62,987 nucleotides of DNA, taken from positions 3,723 through 66,709 of the forward strand of contig PEWR01000139.1 in the NCBI GenBank assembly GCA_002779395.1. Direction: 5' to 3'. The position numbers were made by a program, and so were the translations under genes. The DNA is from Ignavibacteriales bacterium CG07_land_8_20_14_0_80_59_12. GTDB lineage: Bacteria; Bacteroidota; Ignavibacteria; 0-14-0-80-59-12. Below are positions 1 to 10,264 of this stretch, in pieces (position 1 is the first letter of the stretch; every line of letters starts with the position of its first letter). The notes under the pieces are model-generated. The model ran no database searches. It was not told the origin of the DNA and worked only from the letters and a program-made list of their open reading frames with translations.

Positions 1-1148
1 CGTATCCAGTCAATGCTCGCCGTCGTGTTGAAGATTCTCAGGTGAACGGCCTGCGGGTCGAGTGTCTGGGTCACAGTGTAGGCGACATGAAGCTGCATGG
101 GAACGACGATGTCCGTCCGGTCGGCATGGTCGAACGTTCGGACAAGCTCGACGGATGCTGCCGGGGATGGCGTTCCCGCAGGAAGCACCTTCACGCTTGA
201 TGACGGGACCCACGTGCAGAAGGTTGGCGAGAGATCAAGCCGTGTCCATCCTCCCAGCGACCCCCCGAACCGGGCACGCACGCTCCGCGGAATGAAGAAC
301 TCGTATCCGCCTCCCGGTTCGTTGCGCGTGATTGTCATGCTGTCTATGAATTCAACGACGCGGCAGACGGAATCGGGGAGGACCATCACGCGCGCGGCGA
401 GTGTATCGATAATCTCTCCGAGCTTCGGATGGACGAGTCGAACGAGAAGTGGTGCGGGAGCGAGAAGGGGGGATGAGGCGTGAAGCGTCGTGCGGTAAAT
501 GCCGCGGACCGTGTCGCCGGTTGAGCGCGGCCCCGGGCCGAACACCCCCTCGCCCCAGTAGAATGATTTCACGGTGAACGACTCGGGTGCGTCAGTCTCC
601 TTCAAGAGACCGGGAATCCAGACTGATGCTCTGCAGGCGGGCGTCGCCTTGAACTCCACATCGAAATCCTTCCCCGCATACAGCACCGCACTCCCGGGTT
701 TCCCATCGTAGGAGCCGTCGACTCCCAGGTGATCGACCGGACCCACCGTAAGCTGCGGTGCGATCTGGACGAAAAGAGTATCGACCTTCACGGTGCTTCC
801 CTTCCTCGCCTCAAGGACAAAGAACCCGTTGGCAGGATAGGTCTTTCCCTTGTACTCGGCGGGACGGGGGGCTGAAAGCTCCAAGACCGGCGCCACGCCG
901 ATAAATGCGCCGTCGATGTCGACGTCCGCTTTCAGGCCGTTGACAAGAAGTACGGTGCCGACCGGTGTCACTTTCCCCATGACAAAGGCCGGCGGCCGAG
1001 CCGTCCAGAGCGGTTCATTGAGCCGTGGATAGACAACTGAGATCGTGGGTGCCTGCGCTTGCGCTGCGGACGCGGCGAGAGAGGCGGCGGTGAACAACCC
1101 GGGAAGGAAGCGCGCACAGGAGAGTGAAGTGTGAGCGCGCTCTGGCAT
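1..1148 (-). CDS. hypothetical exported protein, 3' end beyond the window edge
   Basis: The reverse-strand frame is open from the window edge to ATG at 1148. It has no stop, so it is absent from the ORF track. My translation begins MPERAHTSLSCARFLPGLFTAASLAASAAQAQAPT (signal-peptide-like). It lies 17 nt downstream of purA on the same strand. Function not recognised. Confidence 0.55.
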   Translation of the reverse strand, partial: MPERAHTSLSCARFLPGLFTAASLAASAAQAQAPTISVVYPRLNEPLWTARPPAFVMGKVTPVGTVLLVNGLKADVDIDGAFIGVAPVLELSAPRPAEYKGKTYPANGFFVLEARKGSTVKVDTLFVQIAPQLTVGPVDHLGVDGSYDGKPGSAVLYAGKDFDVEFKATPACRASVWIPGLLKETDAPESFTVKSFYWGEGVFGPGPRSTGDTVRGIYRTTLHASSPLLAPAPLLVRLVHPKLGEIIDTLAARVMVLPDSVCRVVEFIDSMTITRNEPGGGYEFFIPRSVRARFGGSLGGWTRLDLSPTFCTWVPSSSVKVLPAGTPSPAASVELVRTFDHADRTDIVVPMQLHVAYTVTQTLDPQAVHLRIFNTTASIDWI

Positions 1149-1165
1149 GTGTGATCGTTGAGAAG

Positions 1166-2449
1166 TCATGGGAGGATGTGGATTGTCTCTCTTCTGGAGG
1201 GACCGACGGACACATATGAGAGTCTTGCTCCCGAGAGCTCCGCTAAGGCGCGGAGGTATCTTCGGGCGTTCCTTGGAAGTTCTCCATACGACCGCGCAGA
1301 GCGGGTGGAGGCGCGCCAGCCGGGGAACGTCTCATAGACCGGGACCGTCTGTGAAAGGACCTCGGGCTCTGTGGGGAACGACTTCCACGTCTTCCCGTTT
1401 GTGCGGTAACCGGTGCAGATGCGGATCTCCTCGAACCGGTCGAGCACGTCGAGCTTGGTGATCGCCAGCCCCTCGATGCCGTTGATCCGGATCACGTACT
1501 GCATGGCGAAGGCATCGTACCAGCCGCAGCGCCGCGGGCGCCCTGTCGTGGCGCCGAACTCGCCACCCGTGAGGCGCAGTGTTTCGCCGACGGTCCCAAG
1601 GTCCTCCGTCGGAAACGGCCCCTCGCCGACGCGCGTCGTGTACGCCTTCGCGACGCCGAGAACGGTCCGGATGGAGGTCGGGGGAATGCCGAGTCCGGTG
1701 CACGCACCCCCCGCGGTGGGGTTCGAAGATGTGACGAACGGATATGTCCCGTGGTCGACGTCGAGGAGAGCTCCCTGCGCCCCTTCCGCAATGACAACCT
1801 TTCCTTCGCGAAGCGCCCGTGAAAGGAAGAGTGAAGTGTCTGTCACGAACGGATCGATGCGCTTGTCGAATTTCACGTACTCGGCAACGATGGCGTCGGC
1901 GTCAAGCTCCTCCTTGCCGTAGATGCGGCGGATGAGACGGTTCTTCTCGGAAAGGTTGTGCGTCAGCTTTTCCTTCAAACGCGCGGGGCTGAGGAGGTCG
2001 ACAATCCGGATACCCGACCGGGCGACCTTGTCGGTGTAGGCAGGGCCGATGCCGCGCCCGGTTGTCCCAATTCGCCTCCCTCCGTCTGCCGATTCTTCCG
2101 CGAGGAGGTCGAGGAGCTTGTGGTACGGCATGATGAGGTGGGCGCGGTGACTGATGAAGAGCCTGCCCCGGACGTTGATGCGGAGCGATTCAACCTTCCG
2201 GACTTCCTGGAGGAGCGCCTCGGGATCGACAACAACGCCGTTCCCGATGATGCAGCGGATGCGGCGGTGGAAGATTCCGGATGGGATCTGATGGAGGACG
2301 TACTGCGCGCCCCGATAGATGACGGTGTGGCCGGCGTTTGCGCCCCCCTGGTAGCGGGCGACGATGGAGGCGTCCTCGCTGAGGAGATCGACGATCTTCC
2401 CCTTCCCCTCGTCCCCCCATTGCGCACCGATGATGATATCAACAGGCAC
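1166..2449 (-). CDS. purA: adenylosuccinate synthetase
   Basis: Carries GAQWGDEGKGK, GTTGRGIGPAY and TTGRPRRCGW motifs. The ORF opens with TTG at 2500. GTG at 2449, preceded by GGAG, gives the canonical N-terminus (M)PVDIIIGAQWGDEGKGK. Confidence 0.93.
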   Translation of the reverse strand: MPVDIIIGAQWGDEGKGKIVDLLSEDASIVARYQGGANAGHTVIYRGAQYVLHQIPSGIFHRRIRCIIGNGVVVDPEALLQEVRKVESLRINVRGRLFISHRAHLIMPYHKLLDLLAEESADGGRRIGTTGRGIGPAYTDKVARSGIRIVDLLSPARLKEKLTHNLSEKNRLIRRIYGKEELDADAIVAEYVKFDKRIDPFVTDTSLFLSRALREGKVVIAEGAQGALLDVDHGTYPFVTSSNPTAGGACTGLGIPPTSIRTVLGVAKAYTTRVGEGPFPTEDLGTVGETLRLTGGEFGATTGRPRRCGWYDAFAMQYVIRINGIEGLAITKLDVLDRFEEIRICTGYRTNGKTWKSFPTEPEVLSQTVPVYETFPGWRASTRSARSYGELPRNARRYLRALAELSGARLSYVSVGPSRRETIHILP

Positions 2450-2530
2450 GTTGGCTCCGTCTTCCCGGACAAAAAACCCGATTACAGCAATGAGCAGCAA
2501 TCGGGTCGAGACAGCCTCTGCGGTCGGTGA

Positions 2531-2875
2531 TTACGAGAAACTCGAGACTGCCGATTCGCTTGACTCATAATGCTCAAAAATAGTGAGAAGCTTTGTCACA
2601 TTCAACAGCTCGCGGATCTTCGCCGAAGCGTTCGCAAGCTTAAGATCGCCTCCGACGTTGCGCATGGTCGTGAGTCCGCCGATGAGCATCCCGAGGCCGG
2701 AGCTGTTCATCGCTTCGACCCCTCGAAGGTCGACGACGGCGCGCCGCACCCCCTGTTCGACGAGCTTGTGGATGTGTTCGTTGAGAGCCACCGCGTCGGG
2801 TCCCCCCATGATCTTGCCGCGGAGTGTGAGGAGTGCGACGCCCCGTTCTTCCGATGTGATGATGTCCATGATCAC
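2531..2875 (-). CDS. STAS-domain anti-sigma-factor antagonist (SpoIIAA-like)
   Basis: 114 aa, with an AMNSSGLGMLIG motif around the conserved phosphorylatable Ser. The GTG start overlaps the secF stop (GTGA). Confidence 0.75.
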   Translation of the reverse strand: MIMDIITSEERGVALLTLRGKIMGGPDAVALNEHIHKLVEQGVRRAVVDLRGVEAMNSSGLGMLIGGLTTMRNVGGDLKLANASAKIRELLNVTKLLTIFEHYESSESAVSSFS

Positions 2876-3804
2876 CTACCGTGTCGTGCGTTGAGTTTTG
2901 GTTTCCGGCGTATCGTCGTGTCGAGCACGAGCGCGCTTGCAACATAAATTGAAGAATAGGTGCCCGAGACCGACCCGATGAGGAAGGTGAAGGCGAATCC
3001 CCGGTTCACCTCGCCGCCGAAGAAGAAGAGGATGACGAGCACCATGACGACGGTGCCGGTGGTGATGATGGTCCGGCTCAGCGTCTGGTTGATGCTTTTG
3101 TTTATCACCTCCGCGAGCGATTCCGTCTTGTGGACCTTCAAATTCTCGCGGATACGATCGAAGACGATGACGGTGTCGTTGATGGAGAATCCGATAAGCG
3201 TGAGGAACGCCGCCATCATGCTCATGCTGAACTCGAGGTTCAGGTACGGCCCGATACCGTTGAACATTGCGACGAAGCCGAGCGTCAGGAGGACGTCGTG
3301 GAACAGCGCGACGACTCCCATGACGCCGTAGATGAACTTGAACCGGAAGCCGACGTAGATCATGATGATGATGAGCGTCGCCCCGATCGCGTAGACAGCG
3401 TCGCGACGCAGCTCTGAACCGATCTTCGGACCGATCTTGTCCTCCCGGAGCACTTTGAAGGGTGTGTCAGGAATGTTCTCCGTGAGCGCGGCCTTGATAG
3501 CGTCGGCGACCTTCGTCCCCTCGACCTGCATCGGGGTTCGGATGAGCATGTCTTGCGGCGAGCCAAAGGACTTTATCTCGAGCCCTGACATGCCGCTCCT
3601 GTCGAGAGCGCTCCGGATTCTTCCGACATCCACCGGCCGGTCGAACTGGACGATGAGCTCGGTCCCGCCGAGGAAGTCGATCCCGAATGTGAACCCCTTG
3701 AAGAGCAGACCCGACAGACCGATGAGGAGCGCGATGATGGAAACGGTGTACCAGACCTTCCGTTTCCCCATGAAGTCGATATGCGTTTCCTTGAAAAATC
3801 TCAT
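2872..3804 (-). CDS. secF: protein translocase subunit SecF
   Basis: 310 aa polytopic protein with GIDFLGGTE, INDTVIVFDRIRE and TLSRTIITT motifs. It lies directly downstream of secD. Confidence 0.92.
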   Translation of the reverse strand: MRFFKETHIDFMGKRKVWYTVSIIALLIGLSGLLFKGFTFGIDFLGGTELIVQFDRPVDVGRIRSALDRSGMSGLEIKSFGSPQDMLIRTPMQVEGTKVADAIKAALTENIPDTPFKVLREDKIGPKIGSELRRDAVYAIGATLIIIMIYVGFRFKFIYGVMGVVALFHDVLLTLGFVAMFNGIGPYLNLEFSMSMMAAFLTLIGFSINDTVIVFDRIRENLKVHKTESLAEVINKSINQTLSRTIITTGTVVMVLVILFFFGGEVNRGFAFTFLIGSVSGTYSSIYVASALVLDTTIRRKPKLNARHGR

Positions 3805-3840
3805 TCTATCTCCTGTGGAATGCTTCTCTCGTGGAAGTCC

Positions 3841-5709
3841 TCAGCCGTAGTTGATCGTTGAGGCGCCGCGCTCGAGCATGACGTCGAACAGGACGCGTGT
3901 GATGATGATGGCGCTGAACATGCTGGCGACGATGCCGATCATGAGCGTGAGGGCAAACCCCTGGATCGGTCCGGTTCCGAACTCGTAGAGGACCACGCCG
4001 CTGAAGAAGGTCGTGATGTTCGAGTCGAAGATGGCGGGAAAGGCCTTCGCGTAGCCGGGATCAATGGCAGCCCGGAGCGTCTTTCCGGTCCCGAGCTCCT
4101 CGCGGATGCGCTCGTAGATAAGCACGTTGGCGTCCACGGCCATACCGATGGTGAGAACAATGCCGGCGATGCCCGGGAGTGTGAGTGTTGCGCCGAAGCC
4201 CGCAAGCACGCCGAGGATCCAGAGGATGTTGAAGAGAAGGGCGAAGTCGGCCGCCGCGCCGCCGGTCCGGTAGTACGTTATCATGAAGAGAACGATGACG
4301 ATGAACGCGACAACCGCGGCCGTGAGCCCCTTGCGGATCGAGTCCTCGCCGAGGGATGGTCCGACGGTCCGCTGCTCGATGATGGTCACTGGGGCGGGGA
4401 GGGCGCCGGCTTTGAGGACGATCTCGAGGAGGCGCGCCTCTTCGATGTTGTCCATCCCTTCAATCTGTGAGCTTCCGCCGGTGATTTTCCCGCGCACTTC
4501 AGGTGCGGAGAAGATGGCGTTGTCGAGGACGATCGCAACATGCTTGTGGACGTTCGCCCCCGTGATGCGGGACCATTCCCGCGCCCCTTCACTTGACATT
4601 GACATGAGGACGATCGGTCCGTTCGTGTTCGGATCGATTGTTGCGCGCGCATCCGTGACGACGCCCCCTGTAAGCTCGGCCTGCTTCCTCACGGCGAAGA
4701 GCTCGAACCACTTCTTCCCCTCGCCGACGATGCGCTGATTCGGTTTCGCCGACCAGAGGAACTCCATGTCGTTCGGGATGAGCCGCTGGATGTCAGGACG
4801 AGCGAGGATGCGGTTTACGCGCGCGCGATTGTCGTCGGAGACGATTCCCACGAGCATGGCGCCGATCTGTTGCGGGCGCACGAGGTTGAGCCACGGATGG
4901 CCCTTTGCCGCCGTATCCTGGACGGCTGCAAATGCTGAATCCACAGCGGGTTTCGTAGTGTCCGTCGCGGCGGCGATGGCGGTTGTGTCGACCCCTGCGG
5001 ACGTCGTATCGCTCCCGTGCTTCGCGAGGTACGCATCGATCGCTTCGTAGACCTTTGCGGTCACGTCGTAGTCTTTGACGAGCTTGAATTCAAGGAGCGC
5101 TGTTCCCTGGAGAAGCTGACGCACCTCCGACTCCTTGCTCACACCCGGAAGCTCGACGACGATCCGGCGGCCTCCCTGTTTGGCGATCGAAGGCTCGGAG
5201 ACGCCGTACTGGTCAACGCGGTTTCGGATGATCTCCATGCCGCGGTCCACCGCGCTCATCGCATCCTTCTCGAGCTGGCTCAGGATGTCGCTGTCGCTGT
5301 CGCGGAGGCTACCGTAGTACCGGCTGAGTCTCACGCCGCGCGACTCAAACGCTGCGCGGACGATGTCGAAGAGGGGCTGGTCCGAGGTTGCCGCCTTCTG
5401 GCGGATCTCTGCCATGATCGCATTGAACACGTCGTCCTTGTTCTTTGCAAGGTTGTCAAGGAGCTTCACGACATCGACTTCGAGCACAACGCGCATCCCG
5501 CCCTGAAGGTCGAGGCCCAGCTTGATCCGCTTCATGCGGGCGTCCCTGATCTCCTTCTCGTGAGAGTCATAGTAGGAGAGACTGTCGGGCCCGTGAAGCG
5601 ACGCAAGCTTCCCACTGTAGCGGTAGCTCTGATAGGTCGGGTAGAGGAAGTAGAGGGACAGAAAGACAGCAGCGATGATGAGGATAATCTTGACGCGATG
5701 TTTTTTCAC
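3841..5709 (-). CDS. secD: protein translocase subunit SecD
   Basis: About 620 aa with LGLDLQGG, a large periplasmic loop and MAVDANVLIYERIREE. The ORF opens with TTG at 5715. GTG at 5709 has GGAGGA 6 nt upstream. Confidence 0.92.
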   Translation of the reverse strand: MKKHRVKIILIIAAVFLSLYFLYPTYQSYRYSGKLASLHGPDSLSYYDSHEKEIRDARMKRIKLGLDLQGGMRVVLEVDVVKLLDNLAKNKDDVFNAIMAEIRQKAATSDQPLFDIVRAAFESRGVRLSRYYGSLRDSDSDILSQLEKDAMSAVDRGMEIIRNRVDQYGVSEPSIAKQGGRRIVVELPGVSKESEVRQLLQGTALLEFKLVKDYDVTAKVYEAIDAYLAKHGSDTTSAGVDTTAIAAATDTTKPAVDSAFAAVQDTAAKGHPWLNLVRPQQIGAMLVGIVSDDNRARVNRILARPDIQRLIPNDMEFLWSAKPNQRIVGEGKKWFELFAVRKQAELTGGVVTDARATIDPNTNGPIVLMSMSSEGAREWSRITGANVHKHVAIVLDNAIFSAPEVRGKITGGSSQIEGMDNIEEARLLEIVLKAGALPAPVTIIEQRTVGPSLGEDSIRKGLTAAVVAFIVIVLFMITYYRTGGAAADFALLFNILWILGVLAGFGATLTLPGIAGIVLTIGMAVDANVLIYERIREELGTGKTLRAAIDPGYAKAFPAIFDSNITTFFSGVVLYEFGTGPIQGFALTLMIGIVASMFSAIIITRVLFDVMLERGASTINYG

Positions 5710-5947
5710 GAACAATCCTCCGTGACGGTCGGCGATGAGAGTTGCGCTTCGGGCAGAGAGATTCCAAAGTTTATAATATAGCCGAACCGCTCGAAAGAAT
5801 CAAATTTATTGCATTTTTGGTTACCCTCAACTATATTGAAATTTACGCTGCTCTGCAGGCGCGGGACACCATTTGCGATGACTCGCGGAGTGACGGTGTG
5901 GGCCCTGCGCACGCGAACCTCAATCGGAGAATGGGAGAATCATCCGT

Positions 5948-8053
5948 ATGTCCCTCATGACCAAAATGCGCGACAACATGGCGGGTATCTTCGCCGCCTT
6001 TGCCGCTATCTTTATCATCTACGTCGTCCTGGACTGGGGCATGGACATCACCGGCCGCAAGCAGCAGCAACGTGGTAGTGACGTCATCGGCTCGGTCGAA
6101 GGAACGGAGATCCACTACCAGCAATTCTCCGAGCTCGTTCGCCAGCGCGTTGACGCCCTTCGCCAGCAGACAGGAAAGGACGTGGACGCAGCGCAGGAGG
6201 CGCAGGTCCGCGAGGAAGTCTGGAACATGCTTGTGAACCGGGTTCTCATCGAGAGCCAGGCGGACCGCCTCGGCATCAAGGTCACCGACCAGGAGATCGT
6301 TGACTGGGTCAAGGGCCCGAATCCTCCCGACTACCTCGTGCGGCTCTTCACCGACTCCACCGGGAAGTTTAACCGCGCCGCGTACGACCAAGCACTGAGC
6401 AATCCGCAGTTCAAGAACGAGTGGGTGCAGATCGAGCAGGACCTCAGACTCATGCGCCTCCAGCAGAAGCTTGAAAGCAGCCTCACCGCTTCGCACATTG
6501 TTACCGAGGGAGAGGTCCGCCAGGCCTTTATCGACCGGAACACACAGTTGAGGGCTGACTACGTCTTCTTTACTCCGGCGCAGCTCTTCGACGATGCCTC
6601 CGTGAAGGTGACTGACGACGACCTTCGCCGGTACTACGATGATCATGTTGCCGACTACAAGCAGGAGGCGACGCGGCGACTGAAGATCGTCACGTTCCCC
6701 GAAGTCCCCTCCGCCCAGGATACCGCTGACGCGCTGACCGAAGCGAACAAGGTCCTCACGCAGTCGAAGTCCGGCGCCGACTTCCTCGAGCTCGCCAAGA
6801 CTTACTCCGAAGCACCGGTCTCCGAGGTGTACCAGAACATCGGATCCATGAGCCAGGCGAAGCAGAAGGCGCTTGCAAACGCGAAAAACGGTGATATCGT
6901 GGGACCGTTCAGCGACTACGACGGCTACCACGTCGTGAAGTTGCTCGACAGGCGGGACGGGAAAGACGAGTACATCCGCGCGAGTCACATCCTCTTCCAG
7001 CTCGGCGGGCCTGACAGCGAGGCGGTCAAGAAGGAAGCAAGAGATGTCCGCGCGCAGCTTCGGAGCGGTGCGAATTTCGCTGAGCTTGCGAAGAAGTACT
7101 CGAAGGACCCCGGTTCCGCGCAGAACGGCGGCGATCTCGGTTGGTTCGGCAAAGGGAGAATGGTGAAGCCGTTCGAGGAAGCGGCGTTCCGGGGAAAACT
7201 CGGTGAGCTCATTAGGCCGGTCCGGACACCGTTCGGACTCCACATCATCAAGGTGACCGGCAGGAGCCGGTCGGAATTCAAGATCGCCGATATCGATCTC
7301 CCGGTCATCCTGAGCAGCCAGACCCGCCAAGCCATCTCACAGAGGGCGTCTGACTTCGCATACATCGCGAGGAAGGGGGATTTCGACAAGGAAGCGCGCG
7401 GACTCGGACTCCAGGTGAGGGAGACTCCTCCTTTTACGAAGAAGGGTGTCATCCCGGGGATCGGCGTGCATCTCGAGATCTCGCGCATCGCCTTCGACGA
7501 GAAGGAGGGATTCGTTACCGACCCGATCTCGATCCGTGGCGCCACGGTCGTGTGCAAGATCACGGAAGTGAAAAACGAAGGTGTCAAACCGTTCGACGAG
7601 GTCAAGGAACAGGTTCGGAGCGCCGTTCTCTTTAAGAAGAAGATGGAGAGGGCAGCCGACTACGCGAGGCAAATCCGTCAGCGCCTCGGAAGCGGGACCG
7701 ACCTTGCAGCGGTGCCGACATTTGATTCGCGGCTCCGTACGGACAGCACGGGAACAATTACCCCGATGTCGGCGGTTGAGGGGATCACGGGCCGCGATCA
7801 GCGCTTTGTGGGCGCGTTGATGACCGCGGCGCCGGGTGCGGTGACAAACCCGATCCGCGGCGACAGGGGGTATTACATTGCGAAGCTCCTCTCGCGAACA
7901 ACGTTTGACGAGGCCGCGTACACGGCACAGAAGACCTCTCTCCGCGACCAACTCCTCCAGGGAGGGCGGTCCATGTTCATCAGCAAGTGGCTGGAGAACG
8001 TGAGAGAGAAGGCGGACATTGTCGACGACAGGGACAAGTTCTTCCGCGAGTAG
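5948..8053 (+). CDS. ppiD: periplasmic chaperone / peptidyl-prolyl isomerase, PpiD/SurA family
   Basis: 701 aa with an N-terminal membrane anchor (MAGIFAAFAAIFIIYVVLDW). Parvulin domain: ASHILF...FAELAKKYSKDPGSAQNGGDLGWFGKGRMVKPFEEAAF. Confidence 0.8.
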   Translation: MSLMTKMRDNMAGIFAAFAAIFIIYVVLDWGMDITGRKQQQRGSDVIGSVEGTEIHYQQFSELVRQRVDALRQQTGKDVDAAQEAQVREEVWNMLVNRVLIESQADRLGIKVTDQEIVDWVKGPNPPDYLVRLFTDSTGKFNRAAYDQALSNPQFKNEWVQIEQDLRLMRLQQKLESSLTASHIVTEGEVRQAFIDRNTQLRADYVFFTPAQLFDDASVKVTDDDLRRYYDDHVADYKQEATRRLKIVTFPEVPSAQDTADALTEANKVLTQSKSGADFLELAKTYSEAPVSEVYQNIGSMSQAKQKALANAKNGDIVGPFSDYDGYHVVKLLDRRDGKDEYIRASHILFQLGGPDSEAVKKEARDVRAQLRSGANFAELAKKYSKDPGSAQNGGDLGWFGKGRMVKPFEEAAFRGKLGELIRPVRTPFGLHIIKVTGRSRSEFKIADIDLPVILSSQTRQAISQRASDFAYIARKGDFDKEARGLGLQVRETPPFTKKGVIPGIGVHLEISRIAFDEKEGFVTDPISIRGATVVCKITEVKNEGVKPFDEVKEQVRSAVLFKKKMERAADYARQIRQRLGSGTDLAAVPTFDSRLRTDSTGTITPMSAVEGITGRDQRFVGALMTAAPGAVTNPIRGDRGYYIAKLLSRTTFDEAAYTAQKTSLRDQLLQGGRSMFISKWLENVREKADIVDDRDKFFRE

Positions 8054-8717
8054 TCTCCCGGCGGCGCTCCTGAGAGCGGGCGCTGTGTGCCTGATCGTTC
8101 TAGGTGCGGTGACTCTCCGCGCCCAGGACGAACGGTTGGGCAGAGGGTTCGACGTTCTGGCCTTCGGAAGCTACACGACCACTGCGAAGTTTTTTCCCTT
8201 CCCCGACTCTCCGAACGAGTCCTCCCGCGGGAGCTACGAGACGATCGACGACATCTTCGGTGCCGGAGTGTCGGTCGAATACCACGTCGGAGGACAGAAT
8301 GTGGCGCTCGGAATCTCAGCCGAATACATCAGGAAGAACCCCCCAACGGGTCACCTTGCAGGGGGGGAAGGGTTTCAGTTCATCCCCGTCGAGCTCACGG
8401 CCTACCTTCAGATTCCACTGCAGAGCGAACGAATCAGGCTCTTCATGGGAGGCGGAGGCGGAGTCTACCGCGGCGCGCGGGTCTTCAGCGGCCCCAACGG
8501 CATCGCGGAAGCCGGCTCGTCGGCAACGGCGTACGGCATCCATGTGGTTGGAGGCATGGACTACTTCATCACCGACCGGCTTTTCCTCCGGGGAGAGATG
8601 AAATTCCGGGATCCCGAGTTCAACACCGAAGACCGCTCGGACCGTTACCCGGCTATGCATGCCCGCATCAATATCGACGGGATCACATTTGTGCTCGCGG
8701 CTGGCATTGCCCTCTAA
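8019..8717 (+). CDS. putative outer-membrane beta-barrel protein
   Basis: Signal-like AGAVCLIVLGAVTLRAQ. Alternating aromatic/Gly beta-strand pattern with a terminal GITFVLAAGIAL. Start uncertain: TTG at 8019 overlaps ppiD, and GTG at 8085 is an alternative. Confidence 0.55.
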   Translation: MSTTGTSSSASSLPAALLRAGAVCLIVLGAVTLRAQDERLGRGFDVLAFGSYTTTAKFFPFPDSPNESSRGSYETIDDIFGAGVSVEYHVGGQNVALGISAEYIRKNPPTGHLAGGEGFQFIPVELTAYLQIPLQSERIRLFMGGGGGVYRGARVFSGPNGIAEAGSSATAYGIHVVGGMDYFITDRLFLRGEMKFRDPEFNTEDRSDRYPAMHARINIDGITFVLAAGIAL

Positions 8718-8793
8718 TTCGCTCTCTCCTCCCGCCCGTTGCAGGGGGCAGGCGGCGCTCTCCACCATCGTGTCTCATCGCACCACTGATGAC

Positions 8794-9723
8794 ATGAAGC
8801 CGAACCGGCTCACGGTACGTGTCGCGTTTCTCGGTCTCGCGCTTGTGTGGGGTCTTGTTACTCCGCTCTATGTCGAAGGGCTTAAGAGCATCGCTCCATT
8901 CATGCTTGGCGCCCTCCGGAACTTCGTGGCCGTGGCGGTTCTCCTCCCCTTTGCCCTCTATCAGCGAGTCCGTGCGCCGCGCGCTCCCCGGACGTGGTGG
9001 TTCCTTGTTGGAATCGGCCTTCTCTGGATTGCGCTGCCGTACGGACTCGTTCTCTGGGGAATCCGGTTCACAACATCCGGGGTTGCCGCGGTTCTCAACG
9101 GGACCAACCCGTTCTTCGTGGCCATCTTCGCCTGGGGTGTGCTGCGCACCGAGGATTTCTCAGCCGGGAAGCTCCTCGGGCTTCTGACCGGATTCGCCGG
9201 CGTCGCGGTGATTTTCCTCGATGTGCTCGACGGAGCGGCGGCGGGGAGCCTCGCCGGAAACGGGGCAATCTTCTTGAGCGCCGTGGCCATCGCCCTCTCA
9301 CTTGTCCTCGTGAAGAAATTCGCCAGCCGGGTCAACCCGCTTCTCCTCGTCATTGTGATCGATTTTGTCGGCGGCGTTGCCCTCCTCATCACCAGCCTGT
9401 TGTTTGATCGCTCCCCGCTCTGTATCTTTTCCATTGAGGCCCTCGCCGTCGTTCTGTACCTTGGAGTCTTTGCATCGGCCGCTGCATTCGTTGGCTACGT
9501 GTGGCTCCTCCGGCATGTCGACGCCGTCCGCCTCTCCATGATCGGATTTCTCATCCCGGTCGTCTCGTTCACCGTCGGTGCGCTCTATCTCCGTGAGCAG
9601 GTATCGCTCTCCGACGTTCTCGGCAGCCTCATCGTACTCTGGGGAATTGCCGTGATGAACGCGGGCATGGCGAAACGGATCCGTCTTCGACAGTCTCTGG
9701 GTCAGGGGGGGAGCGGTGAGTAG
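8794..9723 (+). CDS. EamA/DMT-family transporter
   Basis: About 10 hydrophobic segments in two EamA-like halves. ATG at 8794 gives MKPNRLTVRVAFLGLALVWG. Confidence 0.8.
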   Translation: MKPNRLTVRVAFLGLALVWGLVTPLYVEGLKSIAPFMLGALRNFVAVAVLLPFALYQRVRAPRAPRTWWFLVGIGLLWIALPYGLVLWGIRFTTSGVAAVLNGTNPFFVAIFAWGVLRTEDFSAGKLLGLLTGFAGVAVIFLDVLDGAAAGSLAGNGAIFLSAVAIALSLVLVKKFASRVNPLLLVIVIDFVGGVALLITSLLFDRSPLCIFSIEALAVVLYLGVFASAAAFVGYVWLLRHVDAVRLSMIGFLIPVVSFTVGALYLREQVSLSDVLGSLIVLWGIAVMNAGMAKRIRLRQSLGQGGSGE

Positions 9724-10264
9724 CGAAACATCCAACATCTACCTCGCGGGCTTCATGGGGAGCGGCAAGAGCACTCTCGGCCCGATCCTCGCCAACGTTT
9801 TCGGATACGGCTTTGTCGACCTCGATGAGCAAATCGAGGCAGTGGCGAAGAAGAGCGTGACCGCGATCTTCTCCGATGACGGAGAAGAGGGATTCCGGCG
9901 GATGGAGCTCTCCGTCCTCAGGGAAGTCAGCGGTCTTGGGCGTACCGTCGTCTCACTCGGCGGAGGAACGGTCGCACGTCAGGAGAACATCGACCTTATG
10001 AAATCGACAGGTCTTCTTGTCTACCTCAAGAGCAGTCCTGACGAGATCTTCAAGCGCATCCGCTGTAAACCAGGTAGGCCGCTCCTGCGGCGGGTTGACG
10101 GCGCTCCGATGGAGGACGCTGAGCTGATGAGCAGGATCGAGTCCATGCTCGCGGAGCGAGAAGCCTTCTACGCCCAGGCGGATCTCGTGCTTGTGACCGA
10201 CGGGAGGCGGATCGGCCTGACAGTCGATGAGCTTACACGCAGAATCCGGGGGCTGATTGGGTGA
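9716..10264 (+). CDS. aroK: shikimate kinase
   Basis: 182 aa. Walker A GFMGSGKST, then FVDLD and GGG motifs. GTG start. Confidence 0.9.
   Translation: MSSETSNIYLAGFMGSGKSTLGPILANVFGYGFVDLDEQIEAVAKKSVTAIFSDDGEEGFRRMELSVLREVSGLGRTVVSLGGGTVARQENIDLMKSTGLLVYLKSSPDEIFKRIRCKPGRPLLRRVDGAPMEDAELMSRIESMLAEREAFYAQADLVLVTDGRRIGLTVDELTRRIRGLIG

Noticed and set aside
5843-7330. 495-aa minus-strand ORF. Similar long antisense ORFs occur at 14356-15321, 28313-29260, 36403-37290, 42415-43269, 45527-46873 and 55030-56064.
   Set aside because: Each lies entirely antisense to a gene with unmistakable family motifs (ppiD, ftcD, fabF, bamA, lpxA, pfp, rnr). Their translations are Arg/Asp/Glu/Val-rich and low in complexity, as expected for shadow ORFs in high-GC DNA.
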